Positions 9,691-19,555 of a stretch of DNA of 64,000 bases are shown here, piece by piece. Made by a program: the position numbers and the translations under genes. Numbering within the stretch: the stretch's first letter is position 1; every line of letters starts with the position of its first letter. The stretch covers positions 2,176,001-2,240,000 of the forward strand of contig OZ243974.1 of the NCBI GenBank assembly GCA_965214775.1, in the 5' to 3' direction. Under the pieces are notes generated by a model that made no database searches, was not told the origin of the DNA, and was given only the letters and a program-made list of their open reading frames with translations. The DNA comes from Nitrosopumilus sp. (GTDB lineage: Archaea; Thermoproteota; Nitrososphaeria; Nitrososphaerales; Nitrosopumilaceae).

Positions 9691-10596
9691 TCACTCATTC
9701 TCCTCGACATCTGCCAGGAACGCCTTTATGCCCTCCCTTGATGCGTTTTGATATACTTTCTCCATGGCACCGATAAAATCCTCCCCGCCCCTCCAGAGGG
9801 GAAACCTTCCAAGCTGTTTGGGAAGGACTGCGTGCACCTTTGGCACGAACGCGTCACCCGGATCGCATGCCTCAAGATTCCTACCCCAAAAGACGTCCGG
9901 GTTTGCAGGAAGTGGCTCGGCAGCTGGCCCGTCGCGTGCGGTTTTCTTCTTCTGCCTGATCTTCTGTCCTGTCTTGGGCTTTGCCTTGATCTCTGTCCCT
10001 ACCTTTGCCTGTAAATACCGGATGCCTGCCATTTTGAGCATCTCTTCCCTCCCAGATCCGCGCAGCCTGAATATCAGGAACGGATCGCGCTCGAACTCCT
10101 CGGCGAGTAGAAAGTATACGGCCATCGTGTGCTTGCACGGATTGGACCAGTCCGGACACGTGCAGTCCGTATCCATCTCGGATTCTGCCGGAAAGAGGCT
10201 CAGACCTGCCTTTTTGAACGCCTTTTCAATGTCTTCGGGCATCCTGCCGGCAAGGAGCCCGGCGGTGATATCTGGTCTTCCGCGCATGATCTTTGCAAGT
10301 CTACTCCACCCGGATCTGTCTATGGTGTTGATCCGTATCTCCACCTCGTAGGGCCGACGTCTTGATCCTTGCACCGACGCGCTTGCCGCGCCGCCGCGTA
10401 TGTCAAGGGATCTGACCTGGCCGTTGCGCGCATACGATCTGGCGCGCGACACCCTGCCTTCGCCAGCATCCGAGGTGTCCAGCGTCTTCATCCAGCGCTC
10501 CGTCCACCAGCTCTGCGACGTCCTGCGTCGACCCGACTGTGATTTTATGCCGCCCTTGACCCTGATGGGAGGAGTATAGTCGTAAAAATATGTCAT
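9691..10596 (-). CDS. SWIM zinc-finger protein; ATG at 10596 overlaps the SNF2 stop (ATGA)
   Basis: CTCPDWSNPCKH SWIM motif; RARSYARNGQV, VQGSRRRPY, DPFLIFRLRG. Confidence 0.9.
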   Translation of the reverse strand: MTYFYDYTPPIRVKGGIKSQSGRRRTSQSWWTERWMKTLDTSDAGEGRVSRARSYARNGQVRSLDIRGGAASASVQGSRRRPYEVEIRINTIDRSGWSRLAKIMRGRPDITAGLLAGRMPEDIEKAFKKAGLSLFPAESEMDTDCTCPDWSNPCKHTMAVYFLLAEEFERDPFLIFRLRGSGREEMLKMAGIRYLQAKVGTEIKAKPKTGQKIRQKKKTARDGPAAEPLPANPDVFWGRNLEACDPGDAFVPKVHAVLPKQLGRFPLWRGGEDFIGAMEKVYQNASREGIKAFLADVEENE

Positions 10597-13500
10597 ATGC
10601 GTACTGCCTCCCTGCTCAGCGACAGCACCTTGCGAATGTCTGCATCGGACAGCTTTGTAAGCCAGCCCTCGCCTGTACCGACGACCTCGTCTGATATCTC
10701 TTGCTTTTGGCGTATTATCTCGTCTATCTTCTCCTCCAGCGTGCCGGAGCATATCATCTTGCGCACCTGTACGTTGCGCTTTTGTCCTATGCGGAATGCC
10801 CTGTCTGTTGCCTGGTTCTCGACGGCTGGATTCCACCACCTGTCAAAGTGGAACACGTGGCTTGCCGCCGTCAGATTGAGTCCAGTACCTCCTGCCTTGA
10901 GCGACACCACGAACACCGGGGCACCGCCCTCCTGAAACCGATCCACCATGGTGCTCCGCTGCCTTCTGGGTACGCTGCCATGCAAGAACAGCACCTCGCG
11001 GCCCGAGGTCTCGCGTATGTGTCGCTGCAGGATCTTGCCCATCTCGACGAACTGGGTGAACACGAGTGCCTGCTCGCCGGACTCTATTATCTCTCCTAAC
11101 ATCTCTGTAAGTCTTGCAAGCTTGCCGGACCTGTCCGGTATGGGTGAGCCGTCCTTGAGCAGGTGCGCCGGATGGTTGCAGACCTGCTTTAGCTTTGCCA
11201 GCGTGGCCAGTATCAGACCCTTGCGCTCTATGCCTTCGGCAGACTTTAGCTTGTCCTCCAGATCCTCCAGCACTGCGGCATACAGGGATGCCTGCTCGCG
11301 CGTCAGCGAACAGTATACGTTGGACTCCATCTTTTCTGGAAGATCCGATATTACCGACCTGTCTGTCTTGAGCCTGCGCAACATGAGGGGGGATACTATC
11401 TTCTTGAGCGCACTGGCTGCCTCCTCGTCCCTCCTGATTTGTATGGGTATGAAGAATCCGCGCTTGAACTCGGCCTGGGTACCAAGCAGGCCGGGGTTGA
11501 GGAATTCCATTATGGACCAGAGGTCGCCGACGCTGTTCTCGACGGGGGTACCTGTCAGCGCAAAACGAAACCCCGCCTTCAAAGTCTTGACTGCACGCGC
11601 CTGCCGTGTATCGGGATTCTTTATGTTCTGTGCCTCGTCCAGCACGACGCCTCCCCATCTGACCCTCCTGACTGACTCGATGTCGCGCTGTATCAGCCCG
11701 TAGCTGGAGACTATCAGGTCATGTTTTTTGACCTCCCTTGCAAGCGCAGCGCCCTTCTTGCGGCGCGCGCCGTGGTGGATCATGACAGACAGCTCCGGGG
11801 CGAATCGGGAGGACTCCTTCTTCCAGTTGTCCATGACTGACGTAGGGCATACTAGGAGGACAGGCGGCTTCCTGCAGTTGGATCTGTACTGCAGAACCAG
11901 CGCGAGTACCTGGATGGTCTTTCCTAGACCCATGTCGTCTGCCAGGCACCCTCCAATGCCGATCTCGTGTAGGAACGACAACCACGAGTAGCCGCGGATC
12001 TGATACGGACGCAGCTCTCCTTTGAACCCTGCAGGCTGCGGCAGTTCCTCCATTGATGTGTCCCCTCTGAGCCTGTCGAGTATCTTGGAGATCCGTACAT
12101 CCCCGCTGTACACCTGTAATTCCATGCCCTCTGGCACCGAACCTGCACCGATCCCCATCATGAGCGCGTCGCGTACCGTTGCCGTCTTGTTGTTCGTAAC
12201 AAACTCTATGGCCCGCCGGATGTCGTCGGATCCTGTGTCTATCCACTGGCCGCGGACGCTGACTAGGGGAACCTTTGTTCTGGCAAGGCTGCGCAGCTCC
12301 TTGAATGTGATCTCCTGGTTTCCGACGGCTAGCTTCCAGTCGAACCTGACGACGGATGCCGTGTCCAGCATGCCTTTGGCCTGCATCTTCGGCTTGGCAT
12401 CTGCGCGCGCCGAGAGCCTTGCCTTGGGACGACCGCCGACCCACCACGAGGGCAGCATGACACCGTATCCGAGCTGCTCCAGGATGGGTGCCTCCTCGCG
12501 CAGGAATCTGTATGCTCCGGCTGTGTCTGACAGGTATCCGCCTGTCATCCCTTCCGTCTGACCCCCGGAGGATCCGGTGACAATCTCGGTGACCTGGCCC
12601 ATGGATTTCAGCAGGAATTCCCTTGCCTTGTCGGCATTCCTGTACAGTCCGGTAATGCCTGACTTTTTCTTCCATACCCTGTCTGCCGGGACGATGAGGC
12701 TAGGATCTGTGCGGGACTGTATCATATATCTGACAAACCACTGCTTGGAACCCCTTGCACCATCTTCTGGCTCCTCGAGTCGGAGACAGAACTTTAGCGA
12801 CGGATCGGCCAGCGCCGTCATCGCCTGGCGCCATTCTGCAATGCCCGTGATGAGGGCCTCGGCGTCTTCCTCGGATGTCTTGATCGTGCCGTCCTTGTTT
12901 CTCAGACCGTGGAGCCACTCGTCGTGTATGCTGTCAAACCTCATTGATCCCATGCGTCCTGCTGGTGCGGCAGTCGACGCAGACACCATGTCGTCAACCA
13001 TGGTCTCGACGACTGCACCTAGGATCTCCAGCGGCGCGTCCTTGGGTCTGGCTCCTACGTCGCGGTCAAGCGCGCGGGCCGCACCTGGCATGAGTCCTGC
13101 CAGGGCGGTGAGTCGTTCATGATCCCTTCCTGCAAACACCGGCCTCCACACGGATTTGTAGTGATCATGGTGCTGTGTAAGATCCGGCAGGAATCGCTGG
13201 CGCGCCACAATCGATCCCGCAAAGCGCAGGATGTCTGCCCAGTATGCCAGATCTGCGCCGACGATCATGCCTGCCACGGTGCCCCTGTTCTGTGCCACCT
13301 CGGAGAGTATCCTCCTGATATCCCTCCCGGAGATCTGCACTGTCTCGACTATCCATCGCACAAGGCTGATTCTTCCCGTCCCGGGCTGTCCTGCGGCACC
13401 GTAGGAAGGAACCGGCATGCCGCCCCTGCTTGGAAGCCATGCACCGGCACCGGAGTGGCGTGTTACGCTTTTTGTATCGTGCAATCCGAGCGCATCCATG

Positions 13501-13634
13501 ATCTCCTTTGCTGTTGCCGCGCTAGGGTGCGTGTCACTGCCAGTCCTCCCAGGCTTGTGTGCTGTGCCGTTGACAGATGACTCTGCCCACAGCTCCAGCG
13601 AGCCGCCAATTGCGGCCGCATGAAGAACCATCAT
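10593..13634 (-). CDS. SNF2-family (SWI2/SNF2) ATPase with DUF3670-like N-terminal region
   Basis: LRPYQ, LADDMGLGKT, DEAQNIKN, LTGTPVEN, LRRLK, SLKAGGTGLNL, WWNPAVENQATDRAFRIGQ; archaeal TATA-like box at about 13660-13669. Confidence 0.95.
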   Translation of the reverse strand: MMVLHAAAIGGSLELWAESSVNGTAHKPGRTGSDTHPSAATAKEIMDALGLHDTKSVTRHSGAGAWLPSRGGMPVPSYGAAGQPGTGRISLVRWIVETVQISGRDIRRILSEVAQNRGTVAGMIVGADLAYWADILRFAGSIVARQRFLPDLTQHHDHYKSVWRPVFAGRDHERLTALAGLMPGAARALDRDVGARPKDAPLEILGAVVETMVDDMVSASTAAPAGRMGSMRFDSIHDEWLHGLRNKDGTIKTSEEDAEALITGIAEWRQAMTALADPSLKFCLRLEEPEDGARGSKQWFVRYMIQSRTDPSLIVPADRVWKKKSGITGLYRNADKAREFLLKSMGQVTEIVTGSSGGQTEGMTGGYLSDTAGAYRFLREEAPILEQLGYGVMLPSWWVGGRPKARLSARADAKPKMQAKGMLDTASVVRFDWKLAVGNQEITFKELRSLARTKVPLVSVRGQWIDTGSDDIRRAIEFVTNNKTATVRDALMMGIGAGSVPEGMELQVYSGDVRISKILDRLRGDTSMEELPQPAGFKGELRPYQIRGYSWLSFLHEIGIGGCLADDMGLGKTIQVLALVLQYRSNCRKPPVLLVCPTSVMDNWKKESSRFAPELSVMIHHGARRKKGAALAREVKKHDLIVSSYGLIQRDIESVRRVRWGGVVLDEAQNIKNPDTRQARAVKTLKAGFRFALTGTPVENSVGDLWSIMEFLNPGLLGTQAEFKRGFFIPIQIRRDEEAASALKKIVSPLMLRRLKTDRSVISDLPEKMESNVYCSLTREQASLYAAVLEDLEDKLKSAEGIERKGLILATLAKLKQVCNHPAHLLKDGSPIPDRSGKLARLTEMLGEIIESGEQALVFTQFVEMGKILQRHIRETSGREVLFLHGSVPRRQRSTMVDRFQEGGAPVFVVSLKAGGTGLNLTAASHVFHFDRWWNPAVENQATDRAFRIGQKRNVQVRKMICSGTLEEKIDEIIRQKQEISDEVVGTGEGWLTKLSDADIRKVLSLSREAVRI

Positions 13635-13719
13635 ATCGAATCGTGTCACGGCCAGACTCATAAATATAATGCTGATCGCCTGAGCTGGTTCGAAACTAGC
13701 GAATTTTGATCAAACGTGT

Positions 13720-13828
13720 TGGACACTGCGCGGCGCCACGCGATACCGCCTGTCTATCTTCCTGTTTGGCATGCATGATCTGCTTTCAAAGACAATATTT
13801 TGATCCAGACAATTACACATAAGGTCTA
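13720..13828 (+). mobile_element. Deleted right end of an IS5-type element related to 3-1745
   Basis: GCGGCGCCAC and CTTTCAA...GATCC...ATTACACATAAGGTCTA match 1561-1745. Confidence 0.7.
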
Positions 13829-13871
13829 GCAATGATCACAGTAACAATAACAACATACAAAATATGAAAAA

Positions 13872-14357
13872 TTATACGCGTTCAGATAACCTGCATTCAA
13901 CTTTTAATGATTTTGCAGTAGTAAAAAAAGTAACCACCAAAATTGCAATTGCCACAATTCTGATTGGCAGTTCATAGTTTGTCAAAAATGCAGTGGCAGT
14001 TGCACCAACAGAGCCAAATGTCGAAATCACTGCAAACCCTACAGGCCCACAACTACACGCACCGGCAGCTGCGCCAATTATCGAACCAAAAATCCCTCCA
14101 CCAATCTTTTGTTTGGATGATTTTAAAACATTGATTCTGAAAATGTTCATTGGCACGACTAGGGCAGATAATGCAGAAAGAATGACAATTAAAACGAATC
14201 CCAGCTCGGTTCCTTTTGGCAAATGACCCACAACATACGGTTCCAGGAATATGTATTCAGAAAGCAGCAGCAGGCCAATTAGCATTGGAACAAATATGAT
14301 TGCAGACAGCCCAACGTACTTGTAATTTGAAAACACTAGTTTGACTGGTTGTGCCAT
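13872..14357 (-). CDS. Membrane protein with CSC motif
   Basis: Four hydrophobic segments and AGACSCGP; directly follows the DsbA-like gene. Confidence 0.65.
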   Translation of the reverse strand: MAQPVKLVFSNYKYVGLSAIIFVPMLIGLLLLSEYIFLEPYVVGHLPKGTELGFVLIVILSALSALVVPMNIFRINVLKSSKQKIGGGIFGSIIGAAAGACSCGPVGFAVISTFGSVGATATAFLTNYELPIRIVAIAILVVTFFTTAKSLKVECRLSERV

Positions 14358-15023
14358 CTAAATCATGGAATCGATGACTTTTTGAAAAGTTGAATATGGA
14401 TGGGCGCCTTTGATAAACTGCTGAGTATCGGGGCCGACAACAAAGAAACCGGGAGTACTGTTGATTCCATTTTCTTTTGCCTGCCGCATGTTGTATTGAA
14501 TGCGTTCAGAGTACTTGCCAGAGTCAAGACAGCTGTTAAACAATCCCATATTCAATCCAAGTGCAAATGCAAATGCCCTTAGACGTTCAGTGTTTGCCCA
14601 TCCGCCATCAATTTTTGACTCCTGAGATTCGTATAGCATGTTATGGTATTCCCAATACATGCCTTGATCCTCTGCACAATAAGATGCCTGGGCAGCCTTG
14701 ACGGAGTCACGGCCTAGAAATGCCATATCCACAAAAATCAGGTTTACTTTGCCCGTATCAATGTAATCGCGCTCAATGAGGGGTTTTGTTTCATGAAACC
14801 ATTTTTCACAGAAATGACATTGATAATCGCCGAATTCCACAATGGTGACGGGTGATTCAGGATCTCCCAGAATGGGCGAACCCATGGCCGTAGATATTGA
14901 TCCATGATTTCTCTCCATGTCCAAGTTTACGGTTTCGGCAGAAAATGATGAAAAAGACGATGCTGCAATTCCGGCAATAACTGCTATTGCGACAACCACG
15001 ACGATCACTCCTTTTTTGTTCAC
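14358..15023 (-). CDS. DsbA-like thioredoxin-domain oxidoreductase
   Basis: IVEFGDYQCHFC, GINSTPGF; N-terminal anchor. Confidence 0.9.
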   Translation of the reverse strand: MNKKGVIVVVVAIAVIAGIAASSFSSFSAETVNLDMERNHGSISTAMGSPILGDPESPVTIVEFGDYQCHFCEKWFHETKPLIERDYIDTGKVNLIFVDMAFLGRDSVKAAQASYCAEDQGMYWEYHNMLYESQESKIDGGWANTERLRAFAFALGLNMGLFNSCLDSGKYSERIQYNMRQAKENGINSTPGFFVVGPDTQQFIKGAHPYSTFQKVIDSMI

Positions 15024-15056
15024 TAATCAATTAGGTGAAAGTTGGTTAAAAAAACC

Positions 15057-15254
15057 TTATTCCAAATCATTTGAGAATTTGCGTCTAAATAGGTTGGCAA
15101 GTTTTGAGATGGCAGTATCAATTGGGCAGACTTCGCATGATGCATTTGAGGAATGCCTGTCAAGATGCTCTTCGAATTCTTCTCTAGAATCAAAAACAAG
15201 ATCACATTTTTCACAATAAACCTTGGTTACGTTCTTTTTGATGGATCTTTTCAC
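15057..15254 (-). CDS. Small C2H2 zinc-finger protein
   Basis: CEKC...F...HLDRH plus CEVC. Confidence 0.7.
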   Translation of the reverse strand: MKRSIKKNVTKVYCEKCDLVFDSREEFEEHLDRHSSNASCEVCPIDTAISKLANLFRRKFSNDLE

Positions 15255-15297
15255 ATCTTAATTCTAAACTTGGCGCTTATAAAGATCCTGTTGAGAA

Positions 15298-15440
15298 TAG
15301 TTTGTTGCATAACTTCCTTTTTCGTCAAAAAACTCCTGATTTCGATCACAAATAGATCCAAACCAACTGTGGTTTTTATCTGGATTTGTCATTTGGGGCA
15401 AATTCGAGCAAAAAAAAAAATCGAGTTATGCAACAAACTA
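15298..15440. mobile_element. MITE (family M2)
   Basis: Perfect inverted repeats TAGTTTGTTGCATAACT / AGTTATGCAACAAACTA; same end seen at 32240 and 36263. Confidence 0.75.
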
Positions 15441-16107
15441 GCTGGGAATCTCCATATGGGAAAAATTTTGGACAGGACACCGGATTTTTTTTGTACTTGT
15501 ATTTCGCATTTATCGCGGTTTAGTACAAAATATCGTGTAAAACCAAACGATTATTTTGCATTTTTGTCGGTGCAAGTCAAGTTCCTCGACTCATCTTTTA
15601 CACCTGCAGGGATGTCCGATGACCTCCTTCCAGTTTGCAATCCTGCAGCGGCGGCCCCCGGAGAGCTGATTCAAAATTGGCAGAACTTGATCACACATAA
15701 ACGAATTTGCATGCATTAAATCAATTAAAATGCCCACAGATGACACGCCATCTGTAAAATTGCTTGACAAATGTACAGAAAGATCACGGACATTTGCAGT
15801 TTCTAACCTTGGATCATCTGCTGCGCAGAATCGTACATTGCTGAGAATAAATTTCTGGGGGGAGGATCATCGACCGTCTGTAGGAATGCCTGATCATGAA
15901 ACATACCATCCAAGAACTTTTCCTTGCAAGTATGATTCGCGATGTATTGGAAGACAGATCAGAACAAAGGATTTGAGAGCGGAATTCAAAGCAAGATGTT
16001 ACAAGAATCTAATCTCACAATACCAAAAGCGGTTTCCTCGGCAGTTTTTCAGTAACATCCAAGTTTCCAAAAATTAAAAGAAAGCCAATGTTTGGAATCT
16101 CAAAGAC

Positions 16108-16488
16108 CTAAAAATAATGAATTTTCATGTGGGCATCCAGTTCAATTTGGTATTGTGTGACAAACCCGCAGTGAGCACAGGAAAACATGCCCTGTGGCGG
16201 CGACCGAGCGTCTCGCTCGATGGTTTTCCCAGAGATTGACTGGATGGCAATCACTTTATTTCTTGAAATCACGGCAAAATTGTGCCCCTCACCGATAGAA
16301 TCCAGGAATTCTTTGATTGAAGAGATCACTACAGAAGTATCAATTGCTTCATCATCGTCCTCATCATCTAATGTTGACAAAGTAAACTGGTGATTTTTCA
16401 AAGTAGGAATTGCCGCTACTTGATCAGAAACATACACAAGTAATTCACTCTGAATTGCCTGTACATCCTTACAATCAACTGTAAGCAT
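16108..16488 (-). CDS. Hypothetical protein with C-terminal C2H2 zinc finger
   Basis: CAHCGF...LDAHMKIH. Confidence 0.75.
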   Translation of the reverse strand: MLTVDCKDVQAIQSELLVYVSDQVAAIPTLKNHQFTLSTLDDEDDDEAIDTSVVISSIKEFLDSIGEGHNFAVISRNKVIAIQSISGKTIERDARSPPQGMFSCAHCGFVTQYQIELDAHMKIHYF

Positions 16489-16568
16489 GGTTTCTCCAAG
16501 TCACTTGGATATTTTAGTTTAACAGGGTTTAAAAATAATCGCTGAGCATCAATTGATGAATTTATCAT

Positions 16569-16955
16569 ATGAGGGATTCTGAAACGTTTGGCATCGAAAA
16601 AGGCCGGGGAGAAGAGGTGGTTGCCTGGTTGAACGAGCAAGCAAAATCACAGAAGATCAAGCTTGAGGCAAGACTGTACGGATATTCGGTATCTACAAAA
16701 AATTTCGGGGATTTTGAAATGTTTTCATGGATGGGAGACGTCCAAGTTGCAAGAAAACTAGTCATTAAAGCCAGCAAGCGATTCAAGATTAGAATTATAG
16801 AGGGAGGATACAAGTCAAAAGACAAGATATTCAAAATGAAAAAAACTGATTTTGCAAAAGTCAAGAAAGGCAGCAAAACTATTGGGTTAATAGAATTTGC
16901 AGCCTCAAGACTTGGGACAGGCCAATGGGAGATACAAAATGAAGAGCGGCACTAG
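16569..16955 (+). CDS. Hypothetical protein
   Basis: 128-aa basic ORF co-oriented with the downstream dehydrogenase. Confidence 0.7.
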   Translation: MRDSETFGIEKGRGEEVVAWLNEQAKSQKIKLEARLYGYSVSTKNFGDFEMFSWMGDVQVARKLVIKASKRFKIRIIEGGYKSKDKIFKMKKTDFAKVKKGSKTIGLIEFAASRLGTGQWEIQNEERH

Positions 16956-16967
16956 GGGGGGATTCGA

Positions 16968-17837
16968 TTGCAAGTCGGGATAATCGGACTGGGCATGCTG
17001 GGAAACGCAGTGGCATCACATCTTTTGGATTCGGGAATAAAAGTCAACGTGTTTAACCGGACAAGCGACAAAGCCGCCAAAGTCCGGAAAAAAGGAGCAA
17101 ACGTGTTTGAATCGCCTAAAAAAGTCGCTCAAAAATCAGATCTGGTCATCATGGTAGTAAAGGATGCCAAGGCCGTCAAAGAAGTATCGTTTGGCAAGGA
17201 GGGAATCATCAAAGGAAAACACAGTAATCTGATTGTGGCAGATATGAGCACGATTAATCCGACTGAATCCAAAAAAATCACTCAAAAATTTCTGGAAGAA
17301 TCGATACAAAAATTGGACATTCCTGTCATGGGCGGGCCAAACGTGGCCATAACGGGAGACCTGGTCATGATGGGTTCCGGAGACAGAGATTCCTTTGAGG
17401 AATGCACCCCGATTTTTCAAAGGATTGCAAACAAGATATTCTATATAGGAGGTAGCGGTGCGGCACATTCTGTAAAACTTGCAATGAATTTACAAATTAC
17501 AATGCTGGCATTATCGCTTTCAGAGGGTATCCTGTTGGTAAAATCCTCAAACGTAGATCCGAAAATTTTCCTGGAAATTCTGAACTCCACCTATTTCAAA
17601 ACAGGAATGAGTGAAAAAAAGGCATTCAAAATGATTGACGGAAAATACGATGCCACGTTTACCCTGGCCAATCTAAAAAAGGACATCAGCACAATGACTG
17701 GAACTGCAAAAGAACTAGGAATCAGACTTCCGATGATTGAAAAAGCCGAAGAAGTGTATGCGGATGCGATTCGTAAGGGACTGGCAGACATGGATTATAC
17801 GGGAATTATCGAATATATCAGAAAGATTAACAAATAA
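16968..17837 (+). CDS. NAD(P)-dependent beta-hydroxyacid dehydrogenase (3-hydroxyisobutyrate/6-phosphogluconate dehydrogenase-like)
   Basis: GIIGLGMLG, NRT, DMSTI, DIPVMGG, VKLAMN, KKD. Confidence 0.9.
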   Translation: MQVGIIGLGMLGNAVASHLLDSGIKVNVFNRTSDKAAKVRKKGANVFESPKKVAQKSDLVIMVVKDAKAVKEVSFGKEGIIKGKHSNLIVADMSTINPTESKKITQKFLEESIQKLDIPVMGGPNVAITGDLVMMGSGDRDSFEECTPIFQRIANKIFYIGGSGAAHSVKLAMNLQITMLALSLSEGILLVKSSNVDPKIFLEILNSTYFKTGMSEKKAFKMIDGKYDATFTLANLKKDISTMTGTAKELGIRLPMIEKAEEVYADAIRKGLADMDYTGIIEYIRKINK

Positions 17838-17860
17838 CTGCAAGAAGATCTCAAGTCAAC

Positions 17861-17971
17861 TCATGCAGATTTTTTCTTCTTTACTGCCATATAACTAAAT
17901 CCAGTTATCAGCATGATGACTCCTGTAATTCCTGCCCATACCGCAAAAGAATGAACCGAGGCCTCGTCCAT
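17861..17971 (-). CDS. 36-aa single-TM peptide (MDEASVHSFAVWAGITGVIMLITGFSYMAVKKKKSA)
   Basis: Manual translation; TM helix followed by a positive-inside Lys tail. Confidence 0.55.
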   Translation of the reverse strand: MDEASVHSFAVWAGITGVIMLITGFSYMAVKKKKSA

Positions 17972-18051
17972 ACTTGGGATGGGATTGTAAAACATCTAAA
18001 GTTTTGTATCTAAAAAACACATTGTAAAAACTCTGAAACATCTAAATACAT

Positions 18052-18279
18052 TTGATGCTGACACATTTTGTGCCTGAATGGACGTGCCCCGAATGCGGAA
18101 AGCGCTTGTTTCATGAAAACGAGACCACGTTGGAAGTACAAAAGACAATCCATTCCAAATTCTGCAGAAAGAAAGAGGGGGAAACCCACAGCTACATGCA
18201 CAGGGATCCACAGCATATGCAGACATTTGATCCGGAAAGAGAAAACGACTCTACAGGAGCTCCAATTTTAAAGCAATAA
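18052..18279 (+). CDS. Small zinc-binding protein (CPxCG type)
   Basis: WTCPECG...HSKFC. Confidence 0.55.
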   Translation: MMLTHFVPEWTCPECGKRLFHENETTLEVQKTIHSKFCRKKEGETHSYMHRDPQHMQTFDPERENDSTGAPILKQ

Positions 18280-18331
18280 CACGTACCACGTATCCTCAAA
18301 ATTATATCCTAGTTGCGCAGATTGGAATCAG

Positions 18332-19555
18332 TTGCCTGAAGAATACCGTTATGATCTGGTCGTTGTCGGAGGGGGTCCTGCAGGCTCCTCAGCTGCATTT
18401 TCAGCCGCCAAGGCAGGAATCAAAACCGCGTTAATTGAAAAAGAGGGCTCTATTGCAGAAACTGTCAGGACTAGCGGCGTAACCTGGATTCAAAACATAA
18501 ACGAGTTTGGAATTCCCGAGGATTGCTACAATCCGATCAAAAATTTTTCCTTCTGTTCCCCAAATAACAAGGTGTCAATAAGTGATACGGTTCCGAGGGC
18601 TGCAGTTTTAGATGTCAGAAAAACATACAGATGGCTTGCAAAACAGGCTGAAGAACAAGGCACAGTTATCTTTGTAAAGACTGCCATCACAGATGCAATC
18701 AAAAATCCAGACGGGGATATCACAGGAGTGTCCGGGATTAATCAGAATGGAAAAGTAACTTTTCATGCCAGAGTTGTGATCGATGCAAGCGGTTTTCCCT
18801 CGACAGTTTCTAAAGCAATGGGATATGTGACTCCATGGAAAAGATTTGGGGCAGGAGCAGAATACGAGGCCAGAGTGGAAAAGGCTGACAAAGACAGATG
18901 GTGGCTCATGGTAGGACAGCAGTATTCGCCTGCAGGATACGCATGGATCTTTCCATTGGGCAACAACATCGTAAGAATAGGAGTCGGTGTTGGCAAACCT
19001 GATTCGGATGTGGATCCGGCTCAGAGACTAGACGAGATTATGGAAAAAAGGATCGGCCCCATCAGGGATCTCGGAGAAATCACGCCAATCGAATTTCATT
19101 ACGGCCTGATTCCAAATGACGGATTGTCTAGAAAAACTGTTTTTAACAACTTGATTCTGGTAGGAGATGCTGCCGGACAGGCAAATCCGCTGGTTTTGGA
19201 AGGAATCAGATATGCGATAAAGTTCGGAAGAATAGCAGGACAAACAGCTGCAGAGGCAATAAAATCCGGAAGAACATCAGAAAACGAGCTTCGTCCATAC
19301 GAAGACAGTTGGAAAAAAGAAATTAAATCAAAAATTAACTCTGCTGGCAAAGTACAAGACAGATGGATTAAATTGACTGATGAGCAATGGGACAAAGAAC
19401 TGGACATTATCGGCGAGCTCAAATCAGAAGAGTTCTTGGACTTTATCAAGGCGGATTTTGGATTATCCAGCATGCTTAAACTTGCGACCCGCCATCCAAG
19501 ACTGGCAGCAAGACAGCTCTTTGGCCTAGTAGTGGCAACAAAAGGGGAAAAATAA
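18332..19555 (+). CDS. Geranylgeranyl reductase-family FAD oxidoreductase
   Basis: VVGGGPAG, IDASG, GYAWIFP, VGDAAG.ANPL.EGI. Confidence 0.9.
   Translation: MPEEYRYDLVVVGGGPAGSSAAFSAAKAGIKTALIEKEGSIAETVRTSGVTWIQNINEFGIPEDCYNPIKNFSFCSPNNKVSISDTVPRAAVLDVRKTYRWLAKQAEEQGTVIFVKTAITDAIKNPDGDITGVSGINQNGKVTFHARVVIDASGFPSTVSKAMGYVTPWKRFGAGAEYEARVEKADKDRWWLMVGQQYSPAGYAWIFPLGNNIVRIGVGVGKPDSDVDPAQRLDEIMEKRIGPIRDLGEITPIEFHYGLIPNDGLSRKTVFNNLILVGDAAGQANPLVLEGIRYAIKFGRIAGQTAAEAIKSGRTSENELRPYEDSWKKEIKSKINSAGKVQDRWIKLTDEQWDKELDIIGELKSEEFLDFIKADFGLSSMLKLATRHPRLAARQLFGLVVATKGEK

Noticed and set aside
9748-13623. Numerous overlapping ORFs in the SNF2/SWIM island (similar ones occur in the IS elements)
   Set aside because: Shadow frames expected in GC-rich coding DNA; no recognisable motifs
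15450-16080. ORFs 15153-15719 and 15730-16077
   Set aside because: No motifs and atypical composition; probably decayed DNA next to a MITE
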